Shown piece by piece: positions 54,697-64,000 of a DNA stretch of 64,000 nucleotides. A model generated the notes under the pieces. It saw nothing but the letters and a program-made list of their open reading frames with translations, had not been told where the DNA came from and did no database searches. The translations under genes were made by a program, and so were the position numbers. Within the stretch, counting starts at the first letter, position 1, and each line of letters begins with the position of its first letter. The DNA comes from Clostridiales bacterium (GTDB taxonomy: Bacteria; Bacillota; Clostridia; Saccharofermentanales; Saccharofermentanaceae), in the NCBI GenBank assembly GCA_017513085.1, contig JAFWDK010000029.1, positions 64,001 to 128,000 of the forward strand. Direction: 5' to 3'.

Positions 54697-57444
54697 ATGT
54701 ACCGAAATTGCGGCATGCGCAAGAGGAATAGCATCAGTGTGTTTTTGGCACTGTGTTTGTTTTTGAGCGGCTGGCTGAACAGCCTGACCGGTCTTTCTTC
54801 CGTGCGTGCAGATGATGTGGATACCGAAGCGACGCCTGCGTATAACGCAACGGTGTATGTGTACGGAATCGGCGAATATTTGAATGTCCGAAATGTTGCC
54901 GGCACCACAAAGAGTTATGTTATTGATCAGATCTTCCGTGGCACACGTGTATATATCAATAAGTATGAGACGGTAGCGGGAGACCCGAGTGGCTGCGAAA
55001 AGTGGTGTGAAGTCATCTATAAGACGCGCGGGCAGACAGTCAGAGGTCACGTGATCGCTGATTATCTGGTGCCGGATGTGTCCTGTTCGCAGGAGTTCGA
55101 GGAAGAAATCGCGGATTTCCCGGAAAGCTATAAGCCTTACCTGCGTCTCTTGCACAGCAAATTCCCGAACTGGAAATTCGAAGCGGTAAAAGCTTCGGCC
55201 GACTGGAATACGATTATGAAGGTTGAAACCGAGCTGGGTACCAGCGCGATCCCGAACTGGGTACCGGATACCTGGAAATCCCATGAGCCCGGTGCTTACG
55301 ATCCGAAAACCGGAAAGTATCACGAAGTGGACAGTGGTGGCTGGGTCAACGCTGCCTACGACGTCGTGGCCTATTACCTGGATCCGAGAAATATGCTTTT
55401 TGATTCACAGGTCTTCCAGTTCCTGGATCTTGGCTATGATCCGAAGATCCAGACCAAAGAAGCGGTCAAGAGCATCATCGGAAATACATTTATGAATCAG
55501 TGGGATGTTTATCGTGAGCCGACCCCGACTCCGGTTCCGGTACCGGCAGAACTCCCGGAGGTTCCGATCGAGGATAAGGTTCCTCAGGTATCTCCGCCAC
55601 CGCAACCGGATGATACAAGAGATGACAAACATCGTACCCAAGGTCATGGTTATTTTGAGGATCCATCGGCCCCGACTCCGACAGATACTCCGACGCCGAC
55701 TCCGTCACCAAGTCCGAAACCGACGTCGACTCCGTCACCGACCCCGACTCCGGATCCGCTTATTCCTGTGCCGCATTGGCAGGCCTTGATGGAAGCGGCG
55801 GAACAGTCCGGCATCAGTCCGGTCTACCTCGCGTCGAAGATCATTCAGGAGGTCGGCAAAGAGGGCAGTGACTCGATTTTCGGTACGGGTCATAACGGGC
55901 TTTATCCCGGTTATTACAACTACTATAACATCGGCGCGTATGCGGCCGACGGATATGACGCTATGGGCCGTGGCCTGTGGTATGCATCCTGCAGCGACGG
56001 AGAAAACGAGCGCTATATGCGTCCGTGGAACACCGGCTATAAGGCTATCGTCGGTGGCGCGATCTGGCAAAGACTCAACTACTACGATATCGGGCAGAAC
56101 AGTCTTTTCCTCATGAAGTTTAACGTGACTCCGGAAGATCCGGCTCAGGTGGGACTCCATCAGTACATGACCAATGTCCGCGCGCTGGAAAACGAGTCAT
56201 ATAAGATGTACCAGGCATATGGTAACATCAACAAGTTCTCTAAAGACCTTCTCTTTAAGATCCCTGTGTTTGACGGCATGCCGGCTGAAGCGGCGCATCT
56301 TCCGCCAACGATCGGCCCGGCGCAGTATATCCGTGATATCTATAAGAGTATTCTGGGCGTGCATATCCAGGACAGCGTCGTCCGTTCCTGGTCCAATAAG
56401 ATCATGTCCGACAACATGAACGCCTACACATTGGCGTACGAACTGGCCTACCACCCGAGAGTGCTTTTTAAGAAGCTGGATGACAAGGACTATATTACGT
56501 TCATCTATAAGGGTCTGATGGAAGACGAAGTGCCGAAGAATGTAGTCGATGGTTATTTGAAGAAATTCGAAGAAGGCATGACGAGATCGGAATATGTTGA
56601 AGAATTGCTCAATTCATCGGTGTTCAATCTGCGGCTGAAGAAGTACGGCATCGTCCGCAAGACGTTCAAGTGCACGGATGCGCAGAAGCACTACGATAAC
56701 GATGCGCTCTTTATCGATCGCTTGTACAGCACTGCGCTCGGACGTGAAACAGAGTATGGTGGTTTTGAATTCTGGGTCAAGAAGGTCAGAAACGAAGGAA
56801 CCAGCTATTCGGCGCTTGTTGAGTTCTTCGCGCTTTCGGAAGAGGCAAAAGCAACATACAAGACGAACTCGTCGTACATCAATATGTTGTATAAGGCGAT
56901 CTACGATCGTGACGCCGATGAGGGCGGTTTCGAGTACTGGATGGCATACATGGACTTTGGCATGAACCGTCAGGAAGTTCTGGAAGGTTTCCTGGGCGGA
57001 CAGGAGTTCGCCAACCTTTGCAAGCGCTATGGCGGTAAGAAGGGTTCCTATAAGGCGGGCAAGGCTTCCGGTGTGGATAAATACCTGAACGTGGTGGGCG
57101 TATCTCACTTCGTAAAACGTATGTATGAGGTCGTACTTGACCGTGAGTGCGAGACGAAGGGATATTGCTACTGGGGCAACCAGATCTGCACGCATAAGCT
57201 TACCGGCGCGGATATGGCCTGGAAGTTCGTCTTCAGTACCGAGTACCTGGAGAAAAAGTCCACGGATGAAGAGTACGTTACCATGCTTTATAAGTCCATC
57301 ATGGGACGTGATCCGGAAGAGGGCGGAATGAAGTACTGGCTCGACGCAATGAAGCACGGCGCGTCACGTGAACACATCCTGAATGAGTTCGTCAAATCCC
57401 AGGAGTATGCAGACATCTGCGCGAAGTACGGAATAGACGTCTGA
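54697..57444 (+). CDS. Secreted cell-wall hydrolase: SH3-like + glucosaminidase-like + DUF4214-type repeats
   Basis: Signal peptide, YLNVRN, YYLDPRN, LASKIIQEVG, YNYYNIGA, HQYMTNV; C-terminal LY...GR....G..YW repeats. Confidence 0.85.
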   Translation: MYRNCGMRKRNSISVFLALCLFLSGWLNSLTGLSSVRADDVDTEATPAYNATVYVYGIGEYLNVRNVAGTTKSYVIDQIFRGTRVYINKYETVAGDPSGCEKWCEVIYKTRGQTVRGHVIADYLVPDVSCSQEFEEEIADFPESYKPYLRLLHSKFPNWKFEAVKASADWNTIMKVETELGTSAIPNWVPDTWKSHEPGAYDPKTGKYHEVDSGGWVNAAYDVVAYYLDPRNMLFDSQVFQFLDLGYDPKIQTKEAVKSIIGNTFMNQWDVYREPTPTPVPVPAELPEVPIEDKVPQVSPPPQPDDTRDDKHRTQGHGYFEDPSAPTPTDTPTPTPSPSPKPTSTPSPTPTPDPLIPVPHWQALMEAAEQSGISPVYLASKIIQEVGKEGSDSIFGTGHNGLYPGYYNYYNIGAYAADGYDAMGRGLWYASCSDGENERYMRPWNTGYKAIVGGAIWQRLNYYDIGQNSLFLMKFNVTPEDPAQVGLHQYMTNVRALENESYKMYQAYGNINKFSKDLLFKIPVFDGMPAEAAHLPPTIGPAQYIRDIYKSILGVHIQDSVVRSWSNKIMSDNMNAYTLAYELAYHPRVLFKKLDDKDYITFIYKGLMEDEVPKNVVDGYLKKFEEGMTRSEYVEELLNSSVFNLRLKKYGIVRKTFKCTDAQKHYDNDALFIDRLYSTALGRETEYGGFEFWVKKVRNEGTSYSALVEFFALSEEAKATYKTNSSYINMLYKAIYDRDADEGGFEYWMAYMDFGMNRQEVLEGFLGGQEFANLCKRYGGKKGSYKAGKASGVDKYLNVVGVSHFVKRMYEVVLDRECETKGYCYWGNQICTHKLTGADMAWKFVFSTEYLEKKSTDEEYVTMLYKSIMGRDPEEGGMKYWLDAMKHGASREHILNEFVKSQEYADICAKYGIDV

Positions 57445-57473
57445 CGTCTCTGATGTCCGAATCTGTCAGGTGG

Positions 57474-59102
57474 TTAGCCTCGTGCTTTCTTCATGCGTGC
57501 GCAGAAATCCGCGGCGCCCTTGCAGATCAGCTTCTGGTACGAAGGATCGGAAAGAAGCCGATCGTCTTCCGGATTGGACATGAAGCCCATCTCCAAAAGG
57601 AACGAAGGAACAGAGGTGGCCCAGTTCAGGCCGCTGTATCTCTCAGAAGCATTGCATCCACGGTATTTTGCACCCATTGCGGATGACATGGCATCGCCCA
57701 GCATATCGCCCCAGCCAACCTGTTTGTCAGCCAGTTCTCCGCGACTGCAGACAAAGACGCCGACACCGCGGGCCGAGGAGCTCTCCGCATCGTCGCAGTG
57801 CAGCCTCAGGAAGACATCGGCGTGGTTGTTTACCGCGATCTTGGCACGCTCGATATTCGAGATATTTACATCGTTTTCCGTTCTCGTCATGATGACCTTG
57901 GCACCCATGGAGGTAAGATAATCACGCATCATGAGTCCGATTTCCAGGGTTACTTCGTATTCCGGGCGGCCTGTGGCGACACCGGAGGTGCCGGCAGATA
58001 CTTTGATCTTCTGTTCGTCTGACCACGGAGCCAGCGGCTCGGTCTCGTAATTGGCGTGTTTCTGGTGACCGGGATCGATCACGATGACCATACCGGTCAG
58101 ATCGTATGGTGCGTCCGGATCCGGTGTCGGAGACGGGGAGGGCTCTGGTGTAGGCTCGACTGTCGGTTCCGGTGTAGGCGTTGGCTCAGGTGTCGGAGCA
58201 GGGCGGAAGGGATCCGCGCTTCTGTCCAGCGAACCACGCTCGATGCTGTAACTCTTACAGATATTCGTAAACTCCTCAGATTCGACAAACTCACAAAGGA
58301 TCTGGTAACGCGTGTTCCGGGAAATATAATCCAGCCAGAAAGCCTTGCCGTCTTCTTCCGGGTCACGATCCATCATGGTTCGGTACAGACGTGTCAGGTA
58401 TTCCTCATCAGAAAAACCGTGATCCAGGAATTCCTTACTCATGAAAAACTCGTTGGCCGCATCGCAAGCCAGAAGATCCTGGTTGGTGAGACCTAAAGCC
58501 CAGTAGAGAAGACCGGCTTCGTCCGGCTCACGGCCCAGGCAAGTGCTGTAGAGACGGGTCGCAAAGGCTTTGGCATTTTTGGAAGGGATCTCGGCCTTGG
58601 CCGTCGGCGCACCCGGACGGATCCCGTATGTGGCGCACAGATTGCACCATTCCGTGGAATCGATAAAACCGTTGACTGCATCGCTCTTGGTGTGGTCTTT
58701 CAAGTAATCCAGCCAGAAACCGGCTCCGCCTTCTTCGGAAGGACGGTCGAAAAACGTCAGGTACAAAGTCTCGACAAACGCCTGATCGGAAAGATTCCGG
58801 TTCTGAAACTCTTCAGCATCGATCAGGAAGAAGCGCGCACAATCCGCACCGGTATACCCTTCCTGTGTGACTTTTTGAAGCCAGTAGGCTTTGCCCTCTT
58901 CCTCCGAATCACGATCAAGAGCGACGTGATACAGACGCTCGATAAAATCCGCAAACGAAGGCTCTTCGACCGGCGGCTCCGGATCCTGTCCTTCCTGCGC
59001 ACGCGTAATTTTCTTTCCGGCCCAGGCACATACGCTCAACCCGAAAGTCAGGGCGAGAAGAAGTGACAGCAGCCGGATCTTTCTTGAATAATGTGATTTC
59101 AT
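57474..59102 (-). CDS. N-acetylmuramoyl-L-alanine amidase (Amidase_3) with DUF4214-type repeats
   Basis: IVIDPGH, E, LRLHCD and LEMGFMSN motifs; N-terminal LY..DR..EEG..YW repeats; PT linker. Confidence 0.9.
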   Translation of the reverse strand: MKSHYSRKIRLLSLLLALTFGLSVCAWAGKKITRAQEGQDPEPPVEEPSFADFIERLYHVALDRDSEEEGKAYWLQKVTQEGYTGADCARFFLIDAEEFQNRNLSDQAFVETLYLTFFDRPSEEGGAGFWLDYLKDHTKSDAVNGFIDSTEWCNLCATYGIRPGAPTAKAEIPSKNAKAFATRLYSTCLGREPDEAGLLYWALGLTNQDLLACDAANEFFMSKEFLDHGFSDEEYLTRLYRTMMDRDPEEDGKAFWLDYISRNTRYQILCEFVESEEFTNICKSYSIERGSLDRSADPFRPAPTPEPTPTPEPTVEPTPEPSPSPTPDPDAPYDLTGMVIVIDPGHQKHANYETEPLAPWSDEQKIKVSAGTSGVATGRPEYEVTLEIGLMMRDYLTSMGAKVIMTRTENDVNISNIERAKIAVNNHADVFLRLHCDDAESSSARGVGVFVCSRGELADKQVGWGDMLGDAMSSAMGAKYRGCNASERYSGLNWATSVPSFLLEMGFMSNPEDDRLLSDPSYQKLICKGAADFCARMKKARG

Positions 59103-59199
59103 ATGGAAAAGAACTCCTTGCCGTTTCTTTTTTTCTTCATTCTATCTTTTTTGTGGCCGGCGGGCAATGCGAAGAAGGGAAGACAGCGGTAAAAGCAAT

Positions 59200-59230
59200 A
59201 AAAAACCGGCTTCCTCGAAAGGAAGCCGGT
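59200..59230 (-). terminator. Intrinsic terminator after GGGtGRT gene
   Basis: ACCGGCTTCCT-CGAA-AGGAAGCCGGT with A run on the + strand. Confidence 0.85.
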
Positions 59231-59259
59231 GATAAACTCGTTTCGGGAATGAAGAAGAA

Positions 59260-60258
59260 TTACTTCATGCACTCCTCAACAGCTACTGCAACAGCAACGG
59301 AAGCACCAACCATCGGGTTGTTGCCCATGCCGAGGAAGCCCATCATCTCAACGTGTGCCGGAACGGAGGAAGAACCTGCGAACTGAGCATCGGAGTGCAT
59401 ACGGCCCATAGTATCTGTCATACCGTAAGAAGCCGGACCTGCAGCCATGTTATCCGGATGCAGTGTACGACCTGTACCACCACCGGAAGCAACAGAGAAG
59501 TACTTCTTGCCGGCAGCAATTCTTTCCTTCTTGTATGTGCCTGCAACAGGGTGCTGGAATCTTGTCGGGTTTGTGGAGTTACCTGTGATGGAAACGTCAA
59601 CGTTCTCGCTCCAGAGGATCGCAACGCCTTCACGGACGTCGTCTGCGCCATAGCAGCGAACCTTCGCACGAGGTCCATCAGAATAAGGTGTTTCTTTAAC
59701 GACCTTCAGCTCGCCTGTGTAGTAGTCGAACTGTGTCTGTACATAGGTGAAACCATTGATACGGGAAATGATGAAGGCAGCATCTTTGCCCAGACCATTG
59801 AGGATAACACGGAGAGGCTTAACACGAACTTTGTTAGCCATCTCAGCGATCTTGATCGCGCCCTCGGCAGCAGCGAAGGATTCGTGACCGGCCAGGAATG
59901 CGAAGCACTCTGTTTCTTCACGGAGAAGCATAGCAGCGAGGTTACCGTGGCCAAGACCAACCTTACGGTCATCAGCAACTGTGCCCGGGATGCAGATAGC
60001 CTGCAGGCCGATACCGATTGCCTCAGCAGCGTCAGCTGCCTTAGTGCAGCCCTTCTTAATAGCGATAGCAGCACCTACAACATAAGCCCACTTCGCATTC
60101 TCGAAGCAGATGTTCTGTGTGCTCTCGCAGATCTTATACGGGTCAATACCCTTCTCGTCGCAGATCTTCTTTGCTTCTTCGATAGAGGAAATACCATTAT
60201 CGTTCAGAGCCTTGTTGATCTGATCTATTCTTCTGTCATAGCTTTCAAACAATGCCAT
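59260..60258 (-). CDS. GGGtGRT protein
   Basis: SGGGTGRTLHPDN signature. Confidence 0.93.
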   Translation of the reverse strand: MALFESYDRRIDQINKALNDNGISSIEEAKKICDEKGIDPYKICESTQNICFENAKWAYVVGAAIAIKKGCTKAADAAEAIGIGLQAICIPGTVADDRKVGLGHGNLAAMLLREETECFAFLAGHESFAAAEGAIKIAEMANKVRVKPLRVILNGLGKDAAFIISRINGFTYVQTQFDYYTGELKVVKETPYSDGPRAKVRCYGADDVREGVAILWSENVDVSITGNSTNPTRFQHPVAGTYKKERIAAGKKYFSVASGGGTGRTLHPDNMAAGPASYGMTDTMGRMHSDAQFAGSSSVPAHVEMMGFLGMGNNPMVGASVAVAVAVEECMK

Positions 60259-60278
60259 AATCTTTAATCTCCTTCCTC

Positions 60279-60971
60279 TTACTCTTTACGCGGATCGATG
60301 TAACGAGCCGCATTGTCGAATCTGCCGTATGTACCGAGGTTAGCCTGGTAAGCTTCATTGGCATCCTTACCACTCTTGATCTGATCGAGCATCGGTCCGA
60401 TCTTCAGGTACTGGTAACCAATGATCTGGTCGTCAGCATCCAGAGCCAGCTTAACGATGTAACCTTCTGTGAGCTCGAGGTAACGAGGACCCTTCTCAAG
60501 AGTAGAGAAGATAGTACCTGTCTGGGAACGAAGGCCCTTACCGAGATCTTCGAGGCCGGCGCCGATAGAAAGACCGCCCTCAGAGAAAGCAGACTGCGTA
60601 CGACCGTAAACGATCTGCAGGAAAAGTTCTCTCATAGCTGTGTTGATTGCGTCGCAAACGAGGTCAGTATTCAGAGCCTCGAGGATCGTCTTGCCCGGGA
60701 GGATCTCGCCGGCCATAGCTGCGGAGTGAGTCATACCTGTGCATCCGATCGTCTCAACGAGAGCTTCCTGGATAACACCTTCTTTAACGTTCAGGGACAG
60801 CTTACAAGTACCCTGCTGCGGTGCACACCAACCGATACCGTGTGTGTAACCGGAGATATCCTTAATTTCTTTGGCCTGTATCCACTTTCCTTCTTCAGGA
60901 ATCGGAGCCGGACCGTGGTTGCAACCCTTTGCAACGCAAGTCATCTGTTCAACTTCATGTGTCTTGATCAT
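60279..60971 (-). CDS. NifU/IscU-like Fe-S scaffold partner of GGGtGRT
   Basis: HGPAPIPEEG, GWCAPQQG, TIGCTGMTHSAAMA, TDLVCDA. Confidence 0.88.
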   Translation of the reverse strand: MIKTHEVEQMTCVAKGCNHGPAPIPEEGKWIQAKEIKDISGYTHGIGWCAPQQGTCKLSLNVKEGVIQEALVETIGCTGMTHSAAMAGEILPGKTILEALNTDLVCDAINTAMRELFLQIVYGRTQSAFSEGGLSIGAGLEDLGKGLRSQTGTIFSTLEKGPRYLELTEGYIVKLALDADDQIIGYQYLKIGPMLDQIKSGKDANEAYQANLGTYGRFDNAARYIDPRKE

Positions 60972-61227
60972 GTTGAAAACCCCTTTCGAAATAATGCATG
61001 TAGCTATTGTGCACGCTTTCCGAAATGGCGCACAACAACACCTCGTACATTATACGAGAATATCTTTGAAATAACAACCGAAAAACAGACACGGCAAGTT
61101 CTTTTTTTGTTGAAACGATAAATTAACTTTTTCTTTATTCTTTCTAGACCGTGACTTTACTCTTGGCTGTTAGGATTACGTTGTCAGGCAAAGAGAGAAA
61201 CGCTGACAAATGGAGGAAGATAGAAAG

Positions 61228-61863
61228 ATGACTATGGAAATGAAAGAAAATATGGAGACGAAGAGATCATTTGAAGGCGTAAGTGTTAATGCATTCGTAG
61301 TTACAGGATATGAACTCCTGTCAATCGGTAAGAGCCGGATCGCTAAAGCGAAATTTGAAACCATGCTGGATTTCCCGGAGGAGCAGAAGAAGGATATGAT
61401 CCTTGCCGGGCAAAAAGCACTTCTCAATAATGGTGTCGTACTCGGATACCGTAAGAACAAGAAGATCGTTGCCATGTATATCATCGATAAGAACACGGAT
61501 AGTTTTGACTGCAACCGTGCATTTATTTCGGAAAACGTGAGTGCAGAGGATCAAGAGCGTATGGAATATGACATCAAGCGTCAGATCGCACTCCTGGTTT
61601 ATTCCGCACAATTCAGCAGTGGCACTTTTTTCGGACAAAAGGCTCCCGGAATAGAGAGAGAAAAAAGACCCTATGCGCTTCCTTTGGCGTTGCTTATCTG
61701 TTTAGGCATGGGCCTGGCAATATACCCGGCTACGAAGAGCTTCCCGGTTGCCTTTTTCTTTATGCTTAGCCAGTTTGCACTATGGTTCACGATTATGAGC
61801 AACAGGCTGATCCTCAAAGATCCGGTTGAGGAGCCGGCAGACAAAGATAAAGAGAACGCGTAA
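61228..61863 (+). CDS. Hypothetical protein with two C-terminal TM helices
   Basis: ORF with GGAGGA RBS; hydrophobic C-terminus. Confidence 0.65.
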   Translation: MTMEMKENMETKRSFEGVSVNAFVVTGYELLSIGKSRIAKAKFETMLDFPEEQKKDMILAGQKALLNNGVVLGYRKNKKIVAMYIIDKNTDSFDCNRAFISENVSAEDQERMEYDIKRQIALLVYSAQFSSGTFFGQKAPGIEREKRPYALPLALLICLGMGLAIYPATKSFPVAFFFMLSQFALWFTIMSNRLILKDPVEEPADKDKENA

Positions 61864-61919
61864 CAGGCATCGGTAAAAGAAACGCCACGTGCGCACATGA
61901 CCTCCTCTCCGGGGATACC

Positions 61920-63851
61920 TCAGAGAGAGAGGTCTTTCTTATGCTCTTTCTTTTCTTCGTACATGGCAGAATCGGCTATTTTCATGTATTCTTCCGAATA
62001 TTTATGGATCTCCGAGTCGGTGCAGGCCGGAGGAAGTTTGACGCAGGCACCGATACTGACACGGACCTGATAGTCTTTCTTATCACGCGAGACACGAAGA
62101 GAAATGTGATTTCTGAGCGCCGCGATGTAGGCGGCAACTTTCTCCTCAGAATAGTTTTTGGCCAACACAACAAATTCGTCACCACCGGTACGGAGACAGA
62201 CCTCGCCGTGCTGGGCGGCCACATTCATCGCTTCGGCAATGGTGCAAAGGCTATAGTCGCCTTCGGCATGGCCATAGGTGTCATTGACGTATTTAAGATC
62301 ATCCATGTCGATGACGAGAATAGCGATCGGGACCCCGGAATCACGGCACTCTTTGAAGAATTCAGAGAAGAAAAGCTCATAACCGTGACGATTATAGAGA
62401 TCCGTCAGCATATCACGGTTATAAAGGTTTTCCATCCGTTTGACGGTCTTGTTGAGTTCCTGACGGACACGCCAGTTCTCGAGCATGGAACCGAGATTAA
62501 CGATCCAGGATTTCATGGCGAGCTGTTCATGCGATTCGTCCTTGGGCGAGACGATGAGATAGCCCATGTAATACTGCAGATGATGGATGGAAATAATATA
62601 ATACGGCTTCGGGTCAGCAAGCAGTGCAGGCGGAAGAAGATCTTTCTTCCGGAAAGTCTCATGCTCGACCTGCTTGTCGCCGATAAAACCGGCAGCAACC
62701 GTCATTTCCTCGTCCTGTCGGGCATAGTCATGCGAGAGGGCACGCTTCTTATCCCAGTCCGGAGCCAGACATAAAAGCATATCTTCAAATCCGGTATCGA
62801 TCGAAGCGTTCTTGGAGATCTCACTGAAACATTCTTCCAAAGTTGCTGCATTGGAAACACTGAGAATAAGATTCGTCGTTGCCTGCGCCAGATATACGAC
62901 ACGGTCCAGACGACCGGAATAAAGTTCTCTTATATCTTCGATCACGTCAGTAGTCATCGGCGCGCAACCACATGACTGGTTACAGCAGAGACGACCGTGC
63001 GTTAGAAGTTCTTTCGGAAGATCTCCGCCGTCCCAGAAACGCTTCAGCGCCTGAATGCATTCGTAGCCGGATTCATAGAACGGCTGGCTGGCAGTCGTAA
63101 TAGAAGGGTAGCCCTGAAATGCTTCCTCGATACCGTCGTAACCGGTTACCAGAATGTCTCCCGGGACGGCGATGCCATGCGCACGGCAAGCGTTGACTAC
63201 ACCGATCGCGGAATAGTCATTTGCACAGACAATGGCATCCGGGTATTTCTTGCCGTTCTTTCGGCAATTGTCCAGGATCGCCGAGAGCACCTCCTCGCCA
63301 CAGTCACGCCAGAGTGTTCCGTAAACGACTTTCGAAGGATCGTAGGGGATCGAGTGATCTTCCAAAGCAGCACGATATGCATCGATACGCTGTTGCGTGA
63401 ATGGCTTGTGCCGAAGACCGGCCACATGGTAGATATCTTTACAACCATGCACATCGATCAGATGCGAGATGATGTCCCGGAAAGCTTCCTTCTCATCGTT
63501 CAGGATATTGATGTAACGTGTGTCGTGTCCACCGACATTAATGATCGGTATCTTGACATCTTTGAGACGGTTGTCGAGATGCTCTTTGGCAAAAGTACCA
63601 TAGGACAGATCGACCCGGATGATGCCGTCAAAACCGTCGAGATCCGGGATCTCGAAAGCGATGACGTCGCCTTCGTCGTAATGGATATACTGATCGTACA
63701 CTTTGTTGCTGAATGTGTCACTGAAACTGGTGAAGCAAATGACCTTGACGCCGTTTTCCTGCGCAGCGGCATCAATGCCCTTGTGGATGGCATGCGCCAT
63801 CGGCTCATAAATATTGGATGAAAAAACAGCAACCTTCTTCTGCGTGTTCAT
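61920..63851 (-). CDS. Diguanylate cyclase with LacI-type sugar-binding domain
   Basis: AIVCANDYSAIG, VTGYDG, DMLTDLYNRHG, VNDTYGHAEGD, RTGGDEF; start after GGAGG. Confidence 0.92.
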   Translation of the reverse strand: MNTQKKVAVFSSNIYEPMAHAIHKGIDAAAQENGVKVICFTSFSDTFSNKVYDQYIHYDEGDVIAFEIPDLDGFDGIIRVDLSYGTFAKEHLDNRLKDVKIPIINVGGHDTRYINILNDEKEAFRDIISHLIDVHGCKDIYHVAGLRHKPFTQQRIDAYRAALEDHSIPYDPSKVVYGTLWRDCGEEVLSAILDNCRKNGKKYPDAIVCANDYSAIGVVNACRAHGIAVPGDILVTGYDGIEEAFQGYPSITTASQPFYESGYECIQALKRFWDGGDLPKELLTHGRLCCNQSCGCAPMTTDVIEDIRELYSGRLDRVVYLAQATTNLILSVSNAATLEECFSEISKNASIDTGFEDMLLCLAPDWDKKRALSHDYARQDEEMTVAAGFIGDKQVEHETFRKKDLLPPALLADPKPYYIISIHHLQYYMGYLIVSPKDESHEQLAMKSWIVNLGSMLENWRVRQELNKTVKRMENLYNRDMLTDLYNRHGYELFFSEFFKECRDSGVPIAILVIDMDDLKYVNDTYGHAEGDYSLCTIAEAMNVAAQHGEVCLRTGGDEFVVLAKNYSEEKVAAYIAALRNHISLRVSRDKKDYQVRVSIGACVKLPPACTDSEIHKYSEEYMKIADSAMYEEKKEHKKDLSL

Positions 63852-64000
63852 AAGAGCCTCCACCGAAAACACTTCTAAATATATTTTTATGATACAGCAC
63901 AGTTTCGCAAAAATCATGAATAACTTATAAACATTACGGCTTCAAAAGAACCGAAATGAAATATTCACATATTCCTGTTAAAATATCAGTAGTGTTTTGA

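Noticed and set aside
58120-58205. CCGACTCCG-like tandem repeats (also 55670-55755)
   Set aside because: Ordinary Pro/Thr linker codons, not an independent repeat element

Overview
64 kb of a Clostridia-type (Bacillota) chromosome. The assignment is inferred from rpmE-DUF1385-prmC, the GGGtGRT/NifU-like pair, BlaI/BlaR1 and DUF4214-type autolysins. Core and adaptive genes (ABC transporters, TetR/LysR/AraC regulators, Fe-ADH, large solute-binding lipoproteins, a GGDEF protein) flank an 18-kb composite island (30802-49015) at the 3' end of tRNA-Thr(TGT). Three identical 46-bp att copies define two tandem elements: a decayed one (A) and an integrative mobilizable element (B) with tyrosine integrase, Tn916-type Xis, MOBP-type relaxase, MobC and an AAA helicase. 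The most striking cargo is four paralogous ECF sigma/anti-sigma cassettes. Each has its own variant of a shared promoter, a conserved anti-sigma N-terminus and an unrelated extracellular domain, suggesting a mobile, polymorphic sensor repertoire. Other candidates: a membrane-tethered ECF sigma with a paralogous free lipoprotein under a duplicated promoter; a BlaR1 lacking its usual sensor, whose BlaI box precedes three giant lipoproteins; a Sel1/J-domain/HIRAN operon; a Cys-rich leader-peptide attenuator; and a nested multi-stem RNA upstream of the IME rep gene. All family calls come from motifs read by eye; no database search was run.
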